From positions 271,746,001 to 271,810,000 of the forward strand of contig NW_027362763.1 of assembly GCF_046119375.1 (NCBI RefSeq): a DNA stretch of 64,000 nucleotides. Reading direction: 5' to 3'. Numbering within the stretch: the first letter of the stretch is position 1; each line of letters opens with the position of its first letter. This DNA is from Phyllobates terribilis (lineage: Eukaryota). Positions 20,822 through 31,664 of this stretch are shown in pieces. The notes beneath the pieces are model-generated. The model searched no databases. It saw only the letters and a list, made by a program, of their open reading frames with translations, and was not told the DNA's origin. Both the position numbers and the translations under genes were made by a program.

Positions 20822-23262
20822 TAAAATTTAAAAAAAAATTAGCGTGGGCTCCCGCATCATTTTTATAACCAGCAGAGGGAAAGACAACCACTGGGGGATG
20901 ATATTATTTGCCGCGGAAGGGGCCATTAGCCAACAATGTTCCCTGGCTATCAATATCAGCCCAAAGCTGTTTGTGCTATGGATCCGGGTGGTGGAACCTC
21001 TGCGCTTTGGTGCAAGGAGGGAGCAGAGGGGCATAACTAAGTGCCTACTCGGACCGACCCAGGTCACACGGCTTAGTCGACTCCGTAAACCAAGGAGTGA
21101 CCGGGCAGGTGAACCAGGTGCCACTCTGGGACTGACCTTGTGTGAGAGCAGGTGACTCCCAAGGGTCAGATGGCAGAAACTGACCGGAACGGCGGATGTG
21201 CATGACAGGTAGGCTGGCGCGTGATCCGGGTAGACAAGCAGGCGGGTACGGCGGACAGCCAGACAGGTACTCCGGGTAAACGAGCAGGTGGACTCAGCAG
21301 GTAACTTAGCAGGTGCTCCGGGTAGGCAGGCAGGCGGGCATGGCAGGTAACTTGGCAGGTGCTCTGGGTAGGCAGGCAGGCGGGCACGGCAGGTAACTTG
21401 GCAGGTGCTCCGGGTAGGCAGGCAGGCGGGCACGGCAGGTAATCTGGCAGGTGCTCCGGGTAGGCAGGCTGGTGGGCACGGCAGGTAGCTGGCAGGTGCT
21501 CCGGGTAGGCAGGCTGATGGGCACGGCAGACAGGTACACTGGCGGGTATTTCTGATAGACAGACTTTCGAGCAGGACTGTTAGACAGACTTGCGGGCAGG
21601 ACTGGTGGACAAGGAACCTGAGGGCTGAGGAGAGTGTTAGCACTCAAACAACAACCTTTCACAGGCACCTCCATTTTGGAGGAGGTGCTTAATATAGGAA
21701 CAGTCCTCCGGCCAATGGCCGGGGACTCTTTAGAACGGCGCGCGTGGCCCCTTTAAGTGGGAGGGAGCATGCGCGCACCTTAAGCACAGTGCCCGTGAAG
21801 CTGCGTGCAGTGTGCGCCTTAGCAGCAGGTGACAGGAAGACGCCGGTCTGGGACCGCGGCGGTGAGGGGAACGGCGTCTCTGCCCGGCAGGAGGCAGAGA
21901 CACTGATGCTACAGTTTGTTTAGCCTTTACTGGGTAGATTACAGTGGGACCCCAGAAAAAAAATGATGTGGGGTCCCCCTATAAAATCGAGCCAGCAAAG
22001 GCTAAACTAGACAGCTGTGGGCTGATATGATGACATGATACTAGCCCCCTTCGCGGCTATTAATATCACTCCTCAGCAGTCTCAGAAATCTGGCGCTTAG
22101 CCTTTCTCTTTCACAATGCCCTGTAGTGGTGGCAGGGGGTAATGGGGTTGGGGTTCACGTCAGCCTTGTATTGTTGGCTGACGTGAAGCCCAGGTTAGTA
22201 ATGGAGGGCATCTATATTAACCCATTACTAACAGCGTAATAAAATGGTCAGAGCATTTTCAATAATAGACACGGCCAGAATAAATGAAGTAAAACACACA
22301 CTGTTCTCCAATTTTTTTTATTACCCAGCTCCGCGAAGCCCTCGATCTCCTGAAAACAATGTAAAAAAACAAACAACAATATTCCTCACCTGTGCGTCGT
22401 CAATGACGCAATCCACAATCACGACTGTCCAACGATGATACGGATAATTTCTACAGCTGTGAGATCAGCCATCATTGATGTCACAGCTGTAGAATACAGC
22501 ACTGTATTCTGATAGGGGTGTAAAATCACCCCCTGTCAGTATACAGTGCTGCAGGGGGTCACTGGGGTTCATCAGCTGAAGATAAGCTTATGAGCCCCGG
22601 TGAGCTAGAGACCCCTGGGAACCTTCTTGTGAAGGTTCCCACGGTAAGCATTAGCTGATCGGTCATGCTGTCTCATCAGCGTCTCGATGCACACTGAGGG
22701 CAGCGGGCTCGCGCCACGCAGTGTGCTTCCAGGACCTGCGGTGACGTCACTGATCACCTGATGGTCACGTGACCTTAAGCTGATTGCAGCTGGTACTGAT
22801 CACCTGATGGTCACGCGACCATCAGGTGATCGCTGACGTCACTGATCAGCTGATGGTCGAGTGACCATCAGGTGATCAGTGATGTCACCGCAGGTCCTGG
22901 AAGCAAACTGCGGGGCATGAGCCCACGCCCTGCAGTGTGCAGCGAGCCGCCGACGGGACAGCATTACCTAGGAGCCTATTCCGGAACGATTTTGCGCCTA
23001 TTGATTACATTGAAATGTAGAAAATCCGCATGTACAGATATTATACATGCGGGTTTGCTGCGATTTAATGCAAGTCAATGATTTCGCCCCAAAATCACGC
23101 CTGAATGGGTTGTGCTGTGGTTTGTGCCGCAATGATAATCCGCAGTGGAAATTTCTGCATCATTGGCATACATGGCAGACCTCTTACCACGCTATTTTAA
23201 TGCGTTTCTGCAGCGGAATAACCGCCGCAGAAATGCATTAAAACTGCATATTGTGCACTCAG
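20822..23262. mobile_element. Foldback-family repeat (same family as arm 1050-1630) with an internal hairpin at about 22698-22930, interrupted by a solo LTR
   Basis: Shares ATATCAGCCC..AGCTG..TAGCCTTT and GGGGTT..GTCAGC..GCCC..GTTAGTAATGGAG with 1180-1540. CTTCCAGGACCTGCGGTGACGTCACTGATCACCTGATGGTCAC is paired with its reverse complement near 22861-22905. Confidence 0.6.
20974..21913 (-). mobile_element. Solo LTR (940 bp) of a Gypsy-like family with an internal GC-rich minisatellite
   Basis: TG...CA ends, 5-bp TSD GTTTG at 20969-20973 and 21914-21918, and an internal GGCAGGTGCTCCGGGTAGGCAGGC repeat. Confidence 0.85.
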
Positions 23263-23744
23263 CCTAAGTTTGGGAAAAACCCCAATGCAAATTTGATGAC
23301 ACATAGAGGAGGGCCTCAGTAACGACATGTTCCCATTAGAAAGGAGCAATTTTGCTCTACCGTTATTGCATATGCAGTGATTACAACGACTGCCTAAATT
23401 TGGGAAAAACCCCAATGCAAATTTAAAGACACATAGAGGTGGGCCTCAGTAACGACCTGTTCCCCTTAGAAAGGAGCGGGTCTCCCATACTGTTCTTGCG
23501 TATGCAGTGACTGAAGTGGCTACCAAAAATTTGGTCGCACTCCAATGCCCCTTGGAAGAGACGTAGAGGAGGGCCTTATGAAAAATGTCTTCCCATTATT
23601 AGGGAGTGGGTTTCCTATACTGTTACAGCCTATGCAGTGAATGCAAGGGCTGCCAAAAATTTGGAGGCACTCCAATGCCCCTTGCAAGAGACGTAGATAT
23701 GGTGATATGGTAGATATGGTGGTAATATGGTGGTGGAGGATGGC

Positions 23745-24276
23745 CAATGGTCGGAGGACCACTCCAATTTAAAGCACCGCCTCCAAAATGGAGGTGCCTG
23801 TGCAAGGTTCTTGTATGTGTGCTAACACTCTCCTCAACCCTCAGGTTCCAGTGCCCGCCAGTCTGTATATCAGCCGTGCCCGCCAGCCTGTCTATCAGCC
23901 ATGCCCACCTGCTTATCTCTCAGCAGTGCCCGCCAGCTTGTCTACCTGCCATGCCCGCCGGCTTGCCTACCCGGATCACCTGTCAGGTTACCTGCTCTGC
24001 CCGCCTGCTTGCCTTCCTGGATCACCCATCAGGTTACCTGCCATGATCTCCCGCTGTACATGTCAGCTTCTGCCATCTGACCTGTGGGAGTCGCCTGCTC
24101 TCACACAAGGTCGGTCCCAGAATGACACCGGGTCAACCTGCCTGGTCCCTCCCTGGTTCATGGAGTTGATTAAGCTTCCGTGTGGCCAGGGTCGGTCGGT
24201 GTAGGCTCTTAGTCATGCCCCCTCTGATCTCTTCTTGCATCTCAGCACAGAGGTTCCACCACCCGGATCCGTAACA
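23745..24276 (+). mobile_element. 5'-truncated LTR of the same family, inverted relative to 20974-21913
   Basis: Ends GGTTCCACCACCCGGATCCGTAACA, the reverse complement of the start of 20974. Mirror ORFs 21306- and 23788+ both begin MEVPV. Confidence 0.85.
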
Positions 24277-24291
24277 TATAGTCCTATTATA

Positions 24292-25909
24292 CAGTGGCAT
24301 TTAAATGTTTGGGCACCCCTGGTAAAAAAATACTGTTATTGTGAACAGTTAAGCAAGTTGAAGATGAAATGACCTCTAAAAGGCCTAAAGTTAAAGATGA
24401 CACATTTCCTTTATATTTTTGGCAAAAAATATATATTTTGTTATTTTTTACAATTTAAAAATTACAAAAAGGAAAGTGGACTGATGCAAAAGTTTGAGCA
24501 CCCTTGGAGATTTGTGTTCTCAGATAACTTTGATCAAGGTTTCAAACTTTAATTAGTCTGTTAGGATTATGGCTTATTCACTATCATCGCTATCAAAGGC
24601 CAGGTGATGCAAATTTCCCAGTTTTATAAAAACTCAGCCTCCTCTAACCTTGTGCCAAAAAACTGCAGCTTTGGGTGCTGCTAAGCAGTTGCCTAGCACT
24701 CTGAAAATGAAAATGGTGGAGGCCCACAAAGAAGGAGAAGGCTATAAGAAGATAGCAAAGCATTTTAAGTTGCCCTTTCCTCACTTCAAAATGTAATTAA
24801 GAAATGGTAGCTAACAGGAGCAGTGGGGGTCAAGATAAGGTCTGGAAGACCAAGCAAAATTTCAGTGAGAGCTGCTTGTAGGATTGCTAATGAGGCAATT
24901 AAGATCCCCCTCTTGACTGCAAAAGAACATCAGAAACATTTAGCAGACTCTGGAATTGTGGTACATTGTTCTACTGTTCACAGACACCTGCACAAATATG
25001 GCCTTCATGGAAGAGACATCAAAAGAAAACGTCTCCTGCGTCCTCACCATAAATTCAGCATTAGAACTATGCAAAAGAACATCTAAACAAGCCGGATGCA
25101 TTTTAGAAACAAGTCCTGTGGACCGATGAGGTTAAAATAGAACTCTTTGGCCACAATGATCAAAGGTATATGTGGAGAAAAAAAACACAGAATTTCAGGA
25201 AAAGAACATCTCGCTAACCATTAAGCATCGGGGTGGATCAATCATGCTTTGGGGTTGTGTTGCAGCCAATGGCACGGGGAACATCTCACGGGTAGAGCAA
25301 AGAATGGATTCAATGTCATTTTAACAAATTCTGGATGCAAACATAACACCATCTGTAATAAAGCTGCAGTTGAAAAGAGGATGACTTCAACAAATGGATA
25401 ATGATCTTAATACACATCAAAATCCACAACAGCCTACCTCAAAAGGAGCAAGCTGAAGGTTTCACAATTGCCCTCACAGTCCCCTGATCTGAACATCATT
25501 GAAAATCTGTGGCTAGACCTCAAAATAGCAGTGCATACAAGATGACCCAGAAATCTCACAGAACTGGAAGAATTTTCCAAGGCAGAATGGATGAAAATCC
25601 CTCAAAGAAGAATTGAAAGACTCTTGGCTGGCTACAAAAAGCATTTATAAGCTGTGATATTTTCAAAAGGGGATGCTACTAGGTACTAACCATGCAGGAT
25701 GCCCAAACTTTAGCATGTGCCCATTTTCCTTTTTATAATTTTTAAAATGTAAAAGATAAAAATATATAATTTTTATTTGCCTAAAATACAAAGGAAATGT
25801 GTCATCTTTAACTTTAGGCCTTTTAGAGATAATTTCTTTGTTAAGTTGCTTAACTGTTAACAATAACAGTAACTTTGACCAGGGGTGCCCAAACTTTTAC
25901 ATGACACTG
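24292..25909 (+). mobile_element. Full-length decayed Tc1-like element, IR/DR type (about 210-bp inverted repeats)
   Basis: TA|CAGTGGCATTTAAATGTTTGGGCACCCCTGG ... CCAGGGGTGCCCAAACTTTTACATGACACTG|TA, with an inner direct repeat AAGTTTGAGCACCC. The transposase remnant (GYKKIAK, WTDEVKIELFG, KHRGGSIMLWG, PSQSPDLNIIENLW) has many disablements. Confidence 0.92.
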
Positions 25910-25934
25910 TAGTTCTAATATAGTCCAATAGTGC

Positions 25935-26450
25935 TAATCCAAACTTTGCACTCCCGTCTCCAAGATTTCTCGATTGCTGCACCAATTCTTTGGAATGCAC
26001 TACCCAGGACAGTTTAATTAATTCCCACTACCCACAGTTTCAAGCGGACCCTAAAAACCCATTGCTTTAGACTGGCGCATCCCCTCTACACACTATCTGT
26101 CCGTCTCAGTTTTGGCCCATATTAAAATCTTCTTCAATTTCAGGTTCATACCATCCATGCACTTAATAGCGTCAGTCAGGACTTCTACACATACTGGCTG
26201 GCGATCAGTCCATGTATTATTATTTATCCTATTTAGTATATCAAGGCTGCATTTTACAATATATGTACATTTTACCTTATGCGTCTCCCCATTTCCTCAA
26301 AGACTGTAAGCTTGCAAGCAGGGTCCTCACTCCTTAGGATATGAGATATGGTTATTCTGTATTGTCTGTATAAGTCCCCCCTAAAATTGTAAAGTGCTGC
26401 GGAATATGTTGGCGCTATAAAAATAAAAAATATTTTTATTATTATTATAG
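25935..26450 (+). mobile_element. L2-clade LINE 3' end
   Basis: Reads RLQDFSIAAPILWNALPR..FKRTLKTH (ORF2 end), followed by a tail GTAAAGTGCTGCGGAATATGTTGGCGCTATAAAAATAAA and (TAT)n. Confidence 0.75.
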
Positions 26451-29400
26451 TGTAGAGAACTAGCTCCTGTTCTTCCTCCTCATCTTCCTCATTGTCACCC
26501 AATCGCCGTTGGGATGAGATGAGGCTGGGCTGTGTGGAATCACCCTGTATGGTTCCTTGCTCCATCTAATCGTGCTCCGCCTGCAATGCCTCCTCTTTAA
26601 TTGTGAGCAGCGAGCGTTTCAAAAGACAGAGAAGTGGGATGGTGATGCTAATTATGGCATCATCGCCTCTCTCCATCTTGGTGGAATCCTCAAAGTTTTG
26701 GAGGATAGCACAGATGTCTGACATCCATGCTCACTCCTGAGGTCTTATGTGTGAGTCTGACCTGAATACCGATGGCCGTGTTGATGCTGGCAGTCAATAA
26801 CTGCACTCTGCTGCTCACAAATCCTTCCCAACATCTGCAATATAGAGTTCCAACGCGTGGGGACATCGCACACCAGTCGATGAGCTGGAAGCTGCAAACG
26901 CTGCTGAAGCATGACAAGGGCGGAGGAAGCTGTAGCTGACTTTCTAAAATGGGCACACATGCGGCATACTTTGACAAGCAGATCCCGAAGATCCAGGTAA
27001 GTTTTGAGAAACCGCTGAACCATGAGATTAAGCACATGGCCCAGTCATGGTACATGTGTGAGCTTGCCTCGCTTCAGAGCCGCCACCAGGTTCCGGCCAT
27101 TGTCACACATGACATGCCTGGCTGTAGGTTCAGCAGTGTCAGCCACAGATCTGCCTGCTCTTTCAGAGCTGTCCACAACCCTTCAGCGGTGTGCAGTTTG
27201 TCACCTAATCATATTAGCTTTACCACAGCCTGTTGAAGCTTGGCCGAGGCAGTGCTGCAGTGCTTCCAGCTTGTGACTGATGTGGTAATTTCAGACATGG
27301 AGACTGAAGAGGAGGAGAAGGTGCAGGAGCTGTAGAATGTGGCGGAAACCCTGATTGACCCTAAGCCCGCAATTCTCTGAGTCGGGAGGACGTGTTCCAT
27401 CCCAAAGTCCGACTGGGTCCTAGCTTCCACTATAGTAACCCAGTGTGCCGTCAGTGAGATGTACCGTCCCTGCCAACAAGCATTTGTCCACGTGTCTGTG
27501 GTTAGGTGGACATTCCCATTAACAGCATTTTTTAGGGCAAGGCAAATGTTGTGGGACATGTGCTTGTGTTATTCTGGGACTGCACACCAGGAGAAATAGT
27601 GGCTGCTGGGGCCCGAGTACCAAGGGGCGGCCGCTACCATCAGGCTATGTGAGTTTAGTAGTGTGGCCTGTTGGGCGTTGGCTGCATATTTGCGCTTGCA
27701 TTCCAAGGACTTGGGTAGGGACAACTGAACGCTGCGCTAGGACTAGGATGTGGACATGCTTGCTGATGGTGCTAGTTGAGAGTGTGCAATGACAGGTTCA
27801 GGGCAGGAGACATCTTCACATGCGCCATGGACAGGGGATTGGCGTGCAAGCAAAACTGTGGCCGAAGCAGTGATGTCACCCTCAGACCCTGTTTCTAGAC
27901 AATGGCATTCGGCCAACTTAGTCGGTTGCTTTCCTGTCATGTGCCTGATCATGCTGGTGGTGGTCAGGCAGCTACTTTTGCTACCCCTGCTGATACTGGC
28001 CTGGTAGATGGTGCAAATTGCCTTTTTGGGGTTATCTGCTGAGTCTTTAAAAAACAACCATGCTCGGGAAGACCTAACAGTCGTTCTGGCAACTTCTGTT
28101 TTGTTGGTGTTCCGGGGAACGGTTTCCTGCCTTGTGTTTGTTGTCACCACACTGCTTGTTCCTTCCTGTTGTGGTGCTACGCCTCCCTCCCCTGTGTGCT
28201 TCTGCCCTTGCTCTGCATGTCACTTTGCCAGGTTGGGTCAGTGACTTCATTGTCCACCATTTCATCTTCCACTTCCGCACCCTGTTCCCCTCCTGACTTT
28301 CTGGCAATTGTGTCTCATCATCATCAACCTCTTGCGACAATAATTACACTTTACCACAGTTGCCTTTGTGTGACAGTGGCTGCTCAAATATTTGGGCATC
28401 GCTGCATGCGTTCTCCTCTTGTCCGGCTTGAAGTGGCCCGGGTGAGAGGCCCGAATCTATAAATGGAAAAATGAACAGCTCTCCGGAGTGTCCAAGTGTG
28501 AGATTAGTTGTCTCCGGGCACTCGGCATGATGGGAGGAAGGAGAATCAGGATGAGAAATATGCGGTCCAGACTCATGGCTACTGAGACTTCACCATGTGG
28601 AAGATAGAGTGGAGGTGGTGGTGGCAAAGTGACTGGAAGCATTATCTGCTACTGCTATCCAACCAACAACCTTTTGACACTGCTCTGTGTTCAATAGTGG
28701 TGTTCTGTGGTCCCCTAGAGATTGGGACAGGAAGGTCGAGCGACAAGATGTGGGTGTTTGTATTTCACCTTGCCCACGGCAACGTCCTCGGCCTCTGCAT
28801 GCACCATCACCTTCACGTCCACTTCCCCATGGTGGCATGGTGGGAGGAAGGAGGATCAGGGTGAGGAATATGAGGTCCAGACTCACAGCTACTGAGACTT
28901 GACCGTGTGGAAGACAGGGTGGTGGTGGTGGTGGCAAAGTGACTGGAAGCATTATCTGCTATCCAACCAACAACCTTTTGACACTGCTCTGAGTTCAATA
29001 GTGCTATGCTTTGGTCCTCTAGGAATTGGGACAGGAAGGTCGAGCGACAAGATATGGGTGTTTGTTGTTGCACAATTTCAACTTGCCCACAGCCTCGGCC
29101 TCTGCATACACCATCACATACACTTCCCTGTTCCTTGCCAAATGCCTTGCCCATTTTAAATGGAGGATAATATTTTCCATGTTCACTACAAATGGCTGGA
29201 TTTGAACCGCAGTTATATCTGATACATCTGATGGACACTCACGGCCCTGTAGTTTACTATTCTTGGTAGCAACCTCGTGTGAATAGCTTCACTGACACAC
29301 TGCTACAAACTGTAAATGAAGGACAATATTTTCCACATTCACTACAAATTTGTGGATTTTTATCGCTGTAAAATGGAACACTTCTGATGGTGGAAATGAT

Positions 29401-30052
29401 CTGGCTGTATTTTGCAGTGCTACCAAGCAAATGGAGACCTAAAATGGTGTACTCTGTATTGATTTTTAAGTATATAGTCAGGATTAAGATAAAAAAAATG
29501 TAACCCTAGCCTCTGATATCTGAGGCTATGTCAACGGATATCTGTAACAGCAGGAGCAGACAGTATTTGTGCTGCATACACTGCCACAAACCCTGCCTGC
29601 CTGCTTGCCTGCTATCACCACTGAATATGTGCAGCTGGATTAGTCCACAGAAGGACTGTTAGTTCAGATGGATATATAGATATGTTGTGGAATACCTATA
29701 CTAACTAACAAACAAACAAATCTCTCCCTGACTCAGCAGCAGCTCTCCCTATTATGCCTGTTTCAAGGTTAGACTGTGACGAGCATAGGGACACCAGGTT
29801 TTATATTGACCCGATGACGCTATGAAGCCAGCCAATCACTGTAATGCCACAACCAACATGGCTACGGCATAACAGTGTGTGGCAGACAATCCCTGCATGT
29901 ACATTGGCTCTCTAAAGAGCGCCAAACATGCAGGGCGGGGACCCGAGCTCCTGCCCGAGAAACCCGGAAATACGCGCCGAGGGCTGAGCTTGTCGAACGC
30001 AGTGATGTTCGGGCAAGTACCGAGTAGTGGCGAGCACGTTCGCTCATCACTA
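26451..30052 (-). mobile_element. hAT family B element, 3'-truncated, with degenerate transposase (26451-29160)
   Basis: TIR TAGTGATGAGCGAAC at 30052 (minus strand). BED-finger remnant (AWLFFKDSADNPKKAICTI..MIRHMTGK), VHLTTDTWT, CDVPTRWNS. Colinear with 56692-61685. Confidence 0.88.
28525..29150 (-). repeat. About 310-bp direct duplication in the N-terminal transposase region
   Basis: 28565-28760 matches 28875-29065 (GGTCCAGACTCA..GGCAAAGTGACTGGAAGCATTATCTGCTA). Confidence 0.8.
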
Positions 30053-30232
30053 GTGAATACCCCCAGACTGGTTCATTCCACACCTCTTATCCTGAGAAAC
30101 CTGGTCCTGAGTGTCCGTTGACCACTCGTAGAAGGGGGATACTGTCACGGGTGTTTCAGGTGTGACAGACAGTCGCTCTAGAGCCAGCTGTATAAGGTCA
30201 CTGCGCTTGGCATTGCCGATGCCTTCTTGATT
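30053..30232 (+). mobile_element. Gypsy fragment: chromodomain-tail codons, PPT and start of 3' LTR
   Basis: SYPEKPGPECP (compare FPDKPGPRG in the 62102 ORF), then AGAAGGGGGATAC, then TGTCACGGG at 30143. Confidence 0.6.
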
Positions 30233-30449
30233 CCCTCCTAATGCCACAACCAACATGGCTACAGCATTACAGTGCATGGCAGACAATCCCTGCATGTTCA
30301 TTGTCTCTCTAAAGAGCGTCAAACATGCAGGGCGGGGACCCGAGCTTCTGCCCAAGCAACCCGTAGATGCTCACCGAGTGCCGAGCATGACGAGCACAGT
30401 GATGCTCTGGCAAGTACTGAGCAGTGGCGAGGAGGCTCGCTCATTACTA
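30233..30449 (-). mobile_element. Second terminal fragment of hAT family B
   Basis: Duplicates 29845-30052 and ends in the TIR CGCTCATTACTA. Confidence 0.8.
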
Positions 30450-30846
30450 CTGACAAGCTGACTTTTATCAAAACGAACAAGGGTTGAATTGGCCCAGACT
30501 TCTCAACACCACCGGATGAACATAAACTCAAATCCAGTGTTTTTCTTTCTGGTGTATTCCCATGCACCCCTTCCCACCCAAACATGGGTATACGTTTCAA
30601 AATTTCATCTTTTTTGTGTTGTCCTCCTCCTTCTTCTTCTCCTCCTCATCCACCACCATATCAACAGGGTGATCATGCTATCATGCTATCCTCGTTATAA
30701 ACTTTTTATGGGTTTTTATTATGCCGACATTAATAATTTTTAGGGGCCTCCCTCTAACATTCTTTCATAGATATGTATACCCTCAGGGGTAAATGTTTTC
30801 CAGCCCATACACCAAGTACATGCTCATTACCAAGCTAGGATACCTA
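30450..30846 (+). mobile_element. 3' end of another hAT family B copy (last transposase codons and 3' region)
   Basis: TDKLTFIKTNKG(W)IGPDFS parallels ADKVTLIKLNKGWIGQ at 61285-61335, followed by similar downstream sequence. Confidence 0.7.
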
Positions 30847-31664
30847 CTCCTTAATAGAGATGAACGTTGTTCGACTCGAACTGTTCGCCAATCTCAAATT
30901 CGAGCTGTTTTGGGCGGTGTTCGAGCCGTTCGGCGAACACGAATGATTTGAGAAAAATTCGGCTGTTCGAGGTTATGTTCGATAACTGTTCGTGCACCAA
31001 AATCATAACTGGATTTTTTCTCAGTAATGATGAAAATTAATGTTAATACGCAGTTTGGATGTACAGCGGGGCGGAGGGAGGTGCAGGGGATGGATCTCTG
31101 CAGGAATAATGAAGATCTCCATTTTTTTTTCTCTTTCCCGCATTTACAGTGGGGAGGTGCAATCTGTCAGCCTATCAGCAGCGCACACTCGGAGCGAAGT
31201 GCTTTTTTTCACACAAGGAAGGGCATGTGTCATTGGCAGTGTATGTCACATGTCCTTGCCCTATAAGACCCAGCCATTTTCCCCGTCGCCACCATTTTCT
31301 CACTGCTGCAGCTGCGTGTTAGACGGCACCGCTGTTGCTGTGTGCGCTATACCTTGTTAATTTCAAGCCAATTTTCGCACAAATCTACAGATAGCTTGGG
31401 AGTAGGGAATAGTTGTTATTGCAGTCCTTTTAAGGACTAGGTTACAGCATTTCCTACGACTTTTATCAGGCAGGTCTGTGCCAGTGCTGTGCAAGTTTTT
31501 TTCACAGCATTTGGCTGAATCTAGCAAAGCTAATCCTTTTTGGCCTATTGCAGAGTGTGTTAGTCAGTGGAGTAGCCTATCTGTGTTGCAAGATACACCA
31601 CCTGTGTATAGAATACCAATTTTTTTACTGCACCTAGTGAAGTAAAACCTTTTAGGCATAGCAT

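Larger units (their letters stand above)
20130..23690 (-). repeat. About 125-bp tandem repeat (hAT 3' subterminal type): 1 copy at 20130-20268 and about 3-4 at 23263-23690, split by insertions
   Basis: The unit TTTGGGAAAAACCCCAAT...GACACATAGAGG..GGCCTCAGTAACGACATGTTCCCATTAGAAAG occurs on both sides. Its reverse complement resembles 42164-42215 and 61604-61635. Confidence 0.65.

Noticed and set aside
20828-21674. 271-aa Pro/Ala/Cys-rich ORF and overlapping ORFs (also 23747-24204, 8343-8789)
   Set aside because: These are frames running through LTR minisatellites, with no domain signature.
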